Origin: an uncultured Acidobacteriota bacterium
Lineage (GTDB): Bacteria > Acidobacteriota > Vicinamibacteria > Vicinamibacterales > 2-12-FULL-66-21
Direction: 5' to 3'
DNA: 64,000 nucleotides
Assembly (NCBI GenBank): GCA_963839705.1
Contig: CAWIWL010000013.1
Span: forward strand, 453,950-517,949
The translations under genes and the position numbers were made by a program. Position 1 is the first letter of the stretch, and each line of letters opens with the position of its first letter. Positions 1 through 8,089 of this stretch are shown here, in pieces. Below the pieces are notes generated by a model, which worked only from the letters and a program-made list of their open reading frames with translations, had not been told where the DNA came from and made no database searches.

Positions 1-2033
1 CGAAGTTCTTTGCGCCGTAGGCGTTGAACCCAGCGGCATACAGAGCCGTTGCCGTGGCATCGGCCGGGATGACCGGCACGCCTACCTTGGCGGCACGGAT
101 CTTTACGGTTTGCGCCAAGTCGCCGTGGATCGCGTTGACCAGAGCCGAGTACTCGCCGAATCGCGCCGGTTCGAGCGATCGAATGTCGCGGGTGAACTCG
201 CGTTCGATCGTCAGGCGTGTACCGGCGACGACGTACCGCGAGGCGTAGGTTGGCCCGCTGCCCACCGTGACGTTGGTCGGTGCCCGGAGCTCGTAGCCGG
301 CGGGCAGGTCGAGTGATGTGGTGAGGATCATTCGATGGGGCGATCCGAGCTCCAGCGCAACACCGCCGCGACGATCCTCTTCCTTCTCGTAGGGCACACT
401 CAGCGTAGGAAGCGTCCGCATCTCGCTCGTCGCCGCCGCCCAGTTCAAGACGTCGGACTGCCGCATCTTCGCCGTGATCTGGAACGGCTGGCGTGTCGCC
501 GCCGGGTCGCTCGTGGCCTCGTCCGAAAAATCGCCGGTGAGGCCGAAGGTCTTGGCGAGGCCGCTGACGAACTCCTTCAGCGACTCGCGCGGCAGCGCTC
601 TCAGGAGACTCCTCACCAGCAATTCAGCATCGCCCGACAGCGAAAAGGTCACGGTAGCCGTGAGGGCGCCGATCGAGTCGATCGTTCCGCTGACGGTCAC
701 GCGATCGATTGACGGCATCGGTGGATCCACGGGCGTAGTCACGAGACGGGTGCCTCGGCCCCCGCTACCGACCAGGAGGACTCGCTTGCCACGAATCGTG
801 GCCGGCAGCATGCCGACGGGCGCGACCTCCGTCGTCGTATCCATCCACGTCCAGGCGGCGCTGTCGTCTCCACTCGGGACGACGTTGATGACATGGTCGA
901 GTTCGAGCGGCGAGGCCAGGCCGGCGTCGAGGGATCGTTCCGAGTGGAGCAGGACCGGCCGGGACTCGATGCCAACGGCGGCCAACATGTACGCCAGCAG
1001 CGCCGCCTTGTCCTTGCAGTCACCGTAGCCATTCCTGAGCACGTCGCCAGGCGCGTGCGGCGCGAACCGCCCGATACCGAACGAGAGGCTGAGGTATCGA
1101 ATCTCCTTCGCGACGAAGTCGTAGATCGCATCAATCTTCTTCGAGCGCTCGGTGATGCCCTCGGTAAGCGCGAGGGCCTTGGCCTTGACGTCCGCACTGG
1201 CGGGCACGGCCATCAGCCCATCGAACCACTGCGCAACGGCGTCCCAGGACTGGTAGCTCGTCACCCGCACGTCAGCCGGCGAGCCGTCGCCTGTGTAGGG
1301 AGGAGGCTCCTTACCAGGGGACCGGGCGGTGGTGTTCGTTGCGACCCATCGATACAACCGGCGTCCGCCCTCGACGCGCGGCTCGCCTGCTGGCTGGAGT
1401 GCCGCTCCTGGACGGTTTCTGACAATGGGAGTGGACGTCGCTGGTACGTCGACCTCGAGGCGTTCGTCTAGAACGGCGCCGGAGTCGGTTGACGAGGTAC
1501 TCGAACCAGAAATGTCCAGGCGTCACCGGCCTGGTGACCTTCCAGGTCGCTTCAAGTTCGAGCGTATCGCCCGGCCGCAAGGCTGTCACCGCGATCTGCT
1601 TCTGCCGCAGATCGACGAGCGCCGCAGGATCTCCAGGGGGTCGAACCGCCAGATCCTGCACGTCGCCGGTCGCGTTCGCCGTCACGGTCCCGTCGGCTTT
1701 CCGGACCTGGACGCGATCGATCTGCAACTGCTCCGTGTCCGGGGCATACGGGAACGGCAGTCGGCCCCACTCGCGTACCGCCGATTCGGTGAGGACCTTG
1801 ACGCGCACCTTCAGCTGCCGCTCGCCGCTGCCGTCGCTCTGGTACTTCGCGCGAAGGTGTTTCAGCTCGATGACGTATTCCTGCGCGGTGCCGGGCGGAG
1901 CATTCGGTGTGGGCGCGGGAGGCGCGGGGCCCTGCGTCCGGACCGCCTGACTACTGCCGGTCACGAGTGCAAGCGCCATGAGCCAGGGCAGGGCGGGCCG
2001 TGGCCGGGGATCGACGGAAATCGCAGTCGCCAA
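1..2033 (-). pseudogene. Secreted transglutaminase-like protein (DUF3857-type N-domain + transglutaminase core). The 3' end runs off the window. The frame is broken near 1487 (real pseudogene or assembly indel).
   Basis: ORF 1311..2033(-) has a signal peptide and a DUF3857-like region up to GHFWFEYLVN, then turns into Arg-rich nonsense. My translation of another minus frame from about 1486 to position 1 reads DSGAVLDERLEVDVP...SYQSWDAVAQWFDGL...NGYGDCKDKAALLAYMLAAVGIESRPVLL, which contains the Cys-bearing transglutaminase core. Confidence 0.7.
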
Positions 2034-2080
2034 GGTCGAGCTAGATTAGCACGCCGCTCCCGCGAGGTATCCTGTCACCC

Positions 2081-3281
2081 GTGGAGACCCTTCAACAGCA
2101 ATCGCGGCGCCTCGAGGCCGTCCAGGCGCCGGTCATCCCCATCGTCGGCCGCTGGACAACCGAAACGCCCGGCACCATCTCGCTCGGGCAGGGCGTCGTC
2201 TCGTACCGAGCCTCCGCGCGAGGCCATCGACGCGGCCCGCAGGTTCGGCGGAACGTTGACCGACCATCGATACGGCCCGGTCGAGGGACTGCCGGCGCTT
2301 GTCGAAGCGATCGAGGTCAAGCTCGCGCGCGAGAACGGTATCGCCGTGAGGCCGAAAAGCCGCGCGCTCGTGACGGCCGGCGGCAACCAGGCGTTCATGA
2401 ACGCCATCCTCGCGATCACGGATCCAGACGACGAGATCGTTCTGCCGGTGCCGTACTACTTCAACCACGAGATGGCGGTGGTGATGGCGGGCGCGAAAGC
2501 CGTCGCGGCGCCGACGGCGAGCGACTACCAGCTCGACCTGCGCGCGATCCAGGACGCGATCACGCCGCGAACGCGGGCAGTCGTCACGGTCTCGCCGAAC
2601 AACCCGACCGGCGCAGTCTATTCCGAGGCCGCGCTGCGGGCGGTGAACGCGCTCTGTCGCGATCGCGGCATCTTCCACATCCACGACGAAGCCTACGAGT
2701 ACTTCACCTACGGCGGTGTGAAGCACTTCTCGCCGGGGAGCCTTCCGGATGCGGCCGGCCATACGATCTCGCTCTTCTCGCTCTCCAAGGCCTACGGCAT
2801 GGCGAGCTGGCGGATCGGCTACATGGTGATTCCGGAACTGCTGCACGACGCCGTCAACAAGATCCAGGACACGATCCTCATCTGCCCGCCCGCCGTCTCG
2901 CAGCACGCCGCGATCGCCGCGCTCGAGGTCGGGCGCGCCTTCGCGGGCGCGCACATTGCGCGGCTCGACAGCACGCGCCGGGCCATCTTCGATGCCTTGA
3001 GCTCTCCGGACGTGCCGTGCGACGTGCCGTCGCCGGATGGCGCTTTCTACTATCTCGTCCGCGTGCACGCGCGCATGGACGCGATGACGCTCTGCGAGCG
3101 CCTGATCCGCGAGCACCGCGTGGCCACGATTCCAGGCTCCGCGTTCGCCGACCCGTCGCCGTGTTCAGTGCGCATCTCCTATGGCGCGCTCGATTCCGAT
3201 TCGGTGATCGAGGGGCTGCGGCGGCTCGTGGGCGGGCTGCAGGCGATCGCGTCGGAGTCCACTGCGACTCGGTCGAGTTGA
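2081..3281 (+). pseudogene. Class I/II PLP-dependent aminotransferase (aspartate-aminotransferase-like) with a +1 frame break at about 2207.
   Basis: ORF 2081.. gives the N-terminus METLQQQSRRLEAVQAPVIPIVGRW..ISLGQGVVSY and then nonsense. The frame of ORF 1329..3281 continues EPPREAIDAARRF..NPTGAVYS..SLSKAYGMASWRIGY (PLP-lysine motif). Removing one c of the cc at 2206-2207 joins the two. Confidence 0.8.
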
Positions 3282-3320
3282 CCCGTTCTCGGGCCGGTTC
3301 CCGGCACCCATCGTAGCTCC

Positions 3321-3827
3321 ATGACAACTTCTTTTGACATTCGCCGCGCAACGCCAGAGGATGCCTTCCTCCTCGCCACCCAGCGAGTGGCCATGTTTCG
3401 GGACATGGGCCGGACCGGGCCGGAGCTCGAAGAGCATCTCCTGGAGTCCTGTGCGGGCTACTTAGCAAAGGCGTTGGCGAGCGGCGAGTACGTCGGATGG
3501 GTGGCCCAACTCACCGCATCCCCCCACTCGGCTATCGGAGGCGCAGGAGTCCAGTTTCGACCGCTTCTTCCCCGGCCCGATCTCACCGGCCAGTTCCTGC
3601 TGCATGGCCTGGAGGGCTTGATCCTCAACGTTTATGTCGACCGGGCGCACCGTCGCCAGGGTGTCGCACGCCGCTTGATGGACACGCTCATTAGCTGGGC
3701 TCCCGGTGCGGGGATTGTGCGGCTGGTCCTGCACGCGTCGCCCGACGGGCGGCGCCTCTACGAGTCGCTCGGCTTTCTCGCGAGCAATGAAATGTTCTTC
3801 CCGCCGTTCCACACCGATGTTGTGTAA
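3321..3827 (+). CDS. GNAT family N-acetyltransferase
   Basis: 168 aa with the typical acetyl-CoA motif region VDRAHRRQGVARRLM and a C-terminal YESLGF. Confidence 0.8.
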   Translation: MTTSFDIRRATPEDAFLLATQRVAMFRDMGRTGPELEEHLLESCAGYLAKALASGEYVGWVAQLTASPHSAIGGAGVQFRPLLPRPDLTGQFLLHGLEGLILNVYVDRAHRRQGVARRLMDTLISWAPGAGIVRLVLHASPDGRRLYESLGFLASNEMFFPPFHTDVV

Positions 3828-3831
3828 TGTG

Positions 3832-3854
3832 ACTCGGTCCGGACCGAGTTGCCG
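3832..3854. repeat. 23-bp hairpin repeat, copy 1 (ACTCGGTCCGGACCGAGTTGCCG; its first 18 nt form a perfect palindrome). Possible terminator or REP.
   Basis: Read directly; starts 5 nt after the GNAT stop codon. 22/23 identical to the copy at 4540..4562. Confidence 0.7.
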
Positions 3855-4499
3855 ATTCGTCGGATCGCGGGTGCGCTCAAACACCGGGAAGAGGAGCATC
3901 TGCCATTGGTAGAAATCATCCTCTACATAACCACTCGGGACGCTGACGTGCTCCGATGCTGGTTGAATCGCGAATCGTCCATCGCGTGGATTGTTAAGAC
4001 CCGTCAGTCTGGTTGCGAGTACCGCTGGCAAGCCGTCGATACGCTTGATGCGCTCGAACCGTGCGGTTACCACCTGTGGCACAAAGGGGCTGGTCCCCTG
4101 AACATCCCGTCTGGCTCACTCGAGGTTCAGGATGCGATCGTGCCCGATCCGTACGCCGGCTGGACCCAGCGCCTCGACCGGGAGGATGTCACCACACCCT
4201 GGTTCGGCGCCAACTTGCCCGGCCCTTACCTTTTCAGATTTGCGCCGAACGGCCGAGAGCACCCGGAATCGATCGGCCGTTCTGGATTCAGTTGGCTCGG
4301 CGACTACTTCCGGCCCGTGGGCTGCTCGGCGCATCCAGAGGCAAAGCGATGGTGGCTGCGACTCGGCAGATTCGTGCGCTCACGAGCGACCGGCATTCCC
4401 TGGCCATCACCTGATCACGGCGGCCGCTCGCTTGGGTATGCGTTTCCGGATGCCTACGCAGAAATATTGCGAGGGCGCCGGTTTGACATCAATCCTTGA
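3849..4499 (+). CDS. Hypothetical Trp-rich protein with no family recognised. Start uncertain: there is no internal Met, and TTG/GTG starts are possible.
   Basis: 216-codon ORF with non-repetitive, protein-like composition (WFGANLPGPYLFRF, GFSWLGDYFRPVG). It is locally lower in GC than its neighbours and bracketed by the 23-bp hairpin repeats. Confidence 0.45.
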   Translation: MPIRRIAGALKHREEEHLPLVEIILYITTRDADVLRCWLNRESSIAWIVKTRQSGCEYRWQAVDTLDALEPCGYHLWHKGAGPLNIPSGSLEVQDAIVPDPYAGWTQRLDREDVTTPWFGANLPGPYLFRFAPNGREHPESIGRSGFSWLGDYFRPVGCSAHPEAKRWWLRLGRFVRSRATGIPWPSPDHGGRSLGYAFPDAYAEILRGRRFDINP

Positions 4500-4539
4500 C
4501 TTGGTGGCCTTGGATCGCGTCGGACCAATCGACAGTGCA

Positions 4540-4562
4540 ACTCGGTCTGGACCGAGTTGCCG
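4540..4562. repeat. 23-bp hairpin repeat, copy 2 (ACTCGGTCTGGACCGAGTTGCCG)
   Basis: Read directly; about 40 nt after the stop of ORF 3849..4499. Confidence 0.7.
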
Positions 4563-4618
4563 CAACCAGTAAAGTTGCTCGGCGAAGCCAAAACCATGGG
4601 GAACACTCGTCCCTGACT

Positions 4619-7456
4619 TTACTCCTGACGGAGCGCCGTGATCGGGTTGATCCGAATCGCCCGCCGCGCCGGAATCGCGCACGCCACCAGCGCGACGGCG
4701 GTCAGCAGGGCGATCGTCCCGGTGAAGGTCGGTAGATCGGTCGAGGAAACCCCCTGCAGCGAGCTGGCGAGGGCTCGCGCTCCGGCAAGGCCTCCAGCCA
4801 AGCCGATCAGGATCCCGACCCCGACGAGCAGCATGCCGTCGCGGACCACCAGCAGGAAGACGCGATGGCTGTCCGCACCGAGCGCGAGTCGAATGCCCAT
4901 TTCGCGGGTACGGCGTGAGACGGAAAACGATAGCACGCCGTAGATGCCCACCACCGCCAGCACGAGCGCCAGGCCTCCGAACACCGCGAGCAGCCAGGCC
5001 CCCATTCTTGCTGCATACAGCGATGTCCCAATGGTGTCGGCCATCGTTCTGATGTTGGGCACCGGAAGGTTGGGCTCGAGCGACTGGATTTCCCGGCGCA
5101 GGGCGCCGACGAGCGAGGCCGGTGGGACCGACGCGCGGACGTACAGCGTCATGCCGGTTTCATGGTTCTGCGCGAGCGGCAGGTAGGCCACCGGCACCGA
5201 CTCTTCCCTCAGCGCGCCATACTTGCTGTCGCGAACGACGCCGACGATCTCTCGCCAGGGTCCGTCCGGACCATCGACGCTGACCCGGCTGCCGATCGGA
5301 TCGGCGTTCGCGAACTGCATCGCCACGGCGGTCGCGTTGAGGATGACCACCGGCGGTCCGGTTTCCACGTCGGTGTCCCGGAAGTCGCGGCCCTTCACAA
5401 GCGCAATGCCGAGCGTCTGGAAGAACTCCCGTCCGACTACGTTCGCGTTGATGAGCCTCGCGTCGTTGGCGGCCGCTCGCCCGCCCTCGCTCTGCGCGCG
5501 CTCGTGCGTCGAGCCCCGCCCTTCGACGTGGAGGCTGAGCACCCGGGAGCTGCCGCCGAGCACCGCCACCCGGGCGACAGTCGCGGACTCGACGCCCGGG
5601 AGTCCTCTCACCCTCTCGACCGCCTGCCGATAGAACTCACGCCCCTGCGCGCGGGTGTAGCGCAGAAGATTGACGCTGAGCGGCGCCGAGACCAGCTTGT
5701 CGACGTCGACGCCGGGATCGATCGCGCGCGCCGACTGCAGGCCGCGCACGAACAGGCCAGCGGCAATCAGCAGCAGCAGTGACAGCGCGACCTCGCCGAC
5801 CACCAGGATCTTCTTGAGATCGAAGCGCGCCCGGCGCTCGCCGAGCGTGGCGTCCGTGCCCTTGAGCGCAGGCACCAGGCCGGGACGTGACGCCTCCAGT
5901 GCCGGGGCGATGCCGAAGAGGATGCCGGTCGCGCACGAGAGCAGCAGCGAGAACAGCAGCACCCGCCGATCGAGCGCGAAATCGAAGGTGAGCGGAAGCG
6001 CGCCCGCGGGTGGCGGCGCCGCCTGGAACGCGGCGGTGACCGCCCAGGCGATGGCCACGCCGGCGGCACCGCCGAGGAGCGACAACAGCACGCTCTCGGT
6101 CAGGAGCTGGCGCACAAGCCGGCTGCGGCTGGCCCCGAGCGCCAGGCGGACCGCCACTTCCCGGCGCCTGGACGAGGCGCGCGACAGCAGCAGGTTCGCG
6201 ATGTTGGCGCAGGCAATCAGCAGCACTGCACCCACCACGCCACCGAGCAGCAGCGCCGCCGATCGCAGCGGCCGACGCTGATTGTCGGTCCCTTCTTCCA
6301 GGCCCACCACCGAGATGGGCTGTAACGGCGCGGAAGGCGTGGCCCTGGCAGGGGCCGCCCCAGCGGGTAGCCGCGTGCGGACGAACTCCGACGCCACGCT
6401 CTCCAGCTCGGCGCGCGCCGGCCCAATCTGCGCGCTGGGCTTCAACCGGCCGACCGCGCTGATCCAGCTGTTGGTCAGGTGATTCAGCAGGTCGGGATTC
6501 TGATCGCCCGAGTACCTGGCGCGCGGCGGCCGCATGATCGCCTGCATCATCATCGGCACGTAGAGACTGCGCACGCCTCCGAGCACCGGGCCGCCGAACC
6601 CCGCCGGCGCCACGCCGACGACGGTGAAGACGTGGCCGTTCAACCGCACCTCCCGCCCGACGGCGTCGGCCTCGCCGGCGAATCGCGTCTGCCAGAAGTC
6701 GTGGCTGATCACGGCCACCGGATGCGCGCCCGGCGTCACATCGTCGGCAGGCGACAGCAGCCGTCCGCGCTCGGCGGGGCCGACTTGAAGGACGTCGAAG
6801 AAGTTGCCGGTGACGATCAGGCCGTTCACAAGTTCGGCCGAGTCCCCGGCGTTGAGGCTCGCGCTGATGCCGCCCCAGCCGGCCAGTCCCACGAAATGCT
6901 GCGTGTGGTCGCGCAGCGTGGCGTACATCGGATACGAGAAGACGCCGCCGTTGCCGCGGGAGACATAGGCGAGGCTGGCGGGATCGCTCACCCCCAGGCG
7001 CTGGAACAGCGTCGCGTTGACGAGACTGAAAACTGCGGTGTTGGCGCCGATGCCGAGGGCCAGCGTCAGGACGACGGCGATGGTGAAGCCGGGCTGGCGG
7101 CGCAGCATCCGGGCGGCGTAGCGGAGATCCTGGAGCGTGTCGGCGGCCAGGCCGCGACGCGGGGAACCCTCGGCAATCGGCGGCGGCACATGCGCCTGCC
7201 GCAGCGCGCGCATGTAGCGGCCGAGCGTGTCGTCGTCGCGCAGTTCCTCCAGGGCGAGCTGGCGGGCGTCGTGGTCGGCGATGCCGTCGGCGCGGAGCGC
7301 GTCGTAGCGATCGTCGAGGTGTTGCGACAGTTCGACGATGATTTCCCGCTCGCGGGCGGCGGTCAGCGCCAGCGGCGCGAGGCGCGGGCGCAGGTGTGTC
7401 GACCAGTCCCGCGACGCGGGCCGCGGTGGTTTCGAATCCCTCGTTGGATCAGGCAT
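4619..7456 (-). CDS. ADOP/MacB-like duplicated ABC-type permease (two FtsX domains with large periplasmic loops)
   Basis: ORF 4619..7576. The likely start is Met41 (MPDPTRD.., ATG at 7456), overlapping the PadR stop. It has the N-terminal 'permease prefix' helix, [28 protein letters not shown], and the C-terminal FtsX motif REMGIRLALGA. Confidence 0.85.
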   Translation of the reverse strand: MPDPTRDSKPPRPASRDWSTHLRPRLAPLALTAAREREIIVELSQHLDDRYDALRADGIADHDARQLALEELRDDDTLGRYMRALRQAHVPPPIAEGSPRRGLAADTLQDLRYAARMLRRQPGFTIAVVLTLALGIGANTAVFSLVNATLFQRLGVSDPASLAYVSRGNGGVFSYPMYATLRDHTQHFVGLAGWGGISASLNAGDSAELVNGLIVTGNFFDVLQVGPAERGRLLSPADDVTPGAHPVAVISHDFWQTRFAGEADAVGREVRLNGHVFTVVGVAPAGFGGPVLGGVRSLYVPMMMQAIMRPPRARYSGDQNPDLLNHLTNSWISAVGRLKPSAQIGPARAELESVASEFVRTRLPAGAAPARATPSAPLQPISVVGLEEGTDNQRRPLRSAALLLGGVVGAVLLIACANIANLLLSRASSRRREVAVRLALGASRSRLVRQLLTESVLLSLLGGAAGVAIAWAVTAAFQAAPPPAGALPLTFDFALDRRVLLFSLLLSCATGILFGIAPALEASRPGLVPALKGTDATLGERRARFDLKKILVVGEVALSLLLLIAAGLFVRGLQSARAIDPGVDVDKLVSAPLSVNLLRYTRAQGREFYRQAVERVRGLPGVESATVARVAVLGGSSRVLSLHVEGRGSTHERAQSEGGRAAANDARLINANVVGREFFQTLGIALVKGRDFRDTDVETGPPVVILNATAVAMQFANADPIGSRVSVDGPDGPWREIVGVVRDSKYGALREESVPVAYLPLAQNHETGMTLYVRASVPPASLVGALRREIQSLEPNLPVPNIRTMADTIGTSLYAARMGAWLLAVFGGLALVLAVVGIYGVLSFSVSRRTREMGIRLALGADSHRVFLLVVRDGMLLVGVGILIGLAGGLAGARALASSLQGVSSTDLPTFTGTIALLTAVALVACAIPARRAIRINPITALRQE

Positions 7457-7802
7457 TGTCGACTCCAGTGATGAGGCGCATCGCGGTGACAAACGATCGC
7501 CAGGTGTTCCGCTGGCTCGCCAGCACCCGGCGGCCCTCGGCGGTGAGCCGGTAGTACCGCCGCCGCCGCTGGCCAACCTTCTCCACCCACCGCCCCTGCA
7601 GCCAGCCGCGCTCTTCGAGCCGGTAGAGCAGGGGGTACAACGATGCGATGTGAAACTTCAGCTGCCCGGCGGACCGTTGCTCGATCTGCTGGCTGATCTC
7701 GTAGCCATGGCGGGCGCGAGTCTCGACAATCGACAGGATGATCAGTTCCGCGGATCCCTTCTTCAGCTCCCGGTCGAGCATCCGGCGATCGATAGATGTC
7801 AT
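7449..7802 (-). CDS. PadR family transcriptional regulator
   Basis: Winged-helix motif ELIILSIVETRARHGYEISQQIE..LYPLLYRLEERGWL. I chose ATG 7802; TTG 7823 is an alternative start. The stop overlaps the permease start (ATGCCTGA). Confidence 0.85.
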   Translation of the reverse strand: MTSIDRRMLDRELKKGSAELIILSIVETRARHGYEISQQIEQRSAGQLKFHIASLYPLLYRLEERGWLQGRWVEKVGQRRRRYYRLTAEGRRVLASQRNTWRSFVTAMRLITGVDNA

Positions 7803-8089
7803 AGCCACATATGCTACAGCCAATACGAGCGAACGCCAGAAAAGATTTGAAGGCGGCTCGGCGGCGACCAGTTTCCGGCGAACCGGCCGAAGCGGACGCG
7901 GTACGTCTGGACTTCAACGGCGCAGTTGCTGGAGACTGTCGTCGACGGCGGTGCATACCTGGCCGCCTGGTGGGGGATTCCGTGCGCCGACGCCGCGTGG
8001 CCGAAGGTCGACGCCTTTCGGATCACGGGCGAATGGGTTCGTCCTGCGCAGCTGGGATCTCAAGAGCCATTGAGCTAAGTTAGGCCACG

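Noticed and set aside
1329-2080. N-terminal 250 codons of the 650-aa ORF 1329..3281
   Set aside because: This part is antisense to the transglutaminase-like gene and reads as nonsense. Only the portion after ~2208 is aminotransferase, and the true N-terminus is in the 2081 frame.
3832-4562. Integron-type gene cassette with attC sites
   Set aside because: The hairpins are only 18-23 nt and lack the RYYYAAC/GTTRRRY core sites. No intI gene or attI lies nearby.
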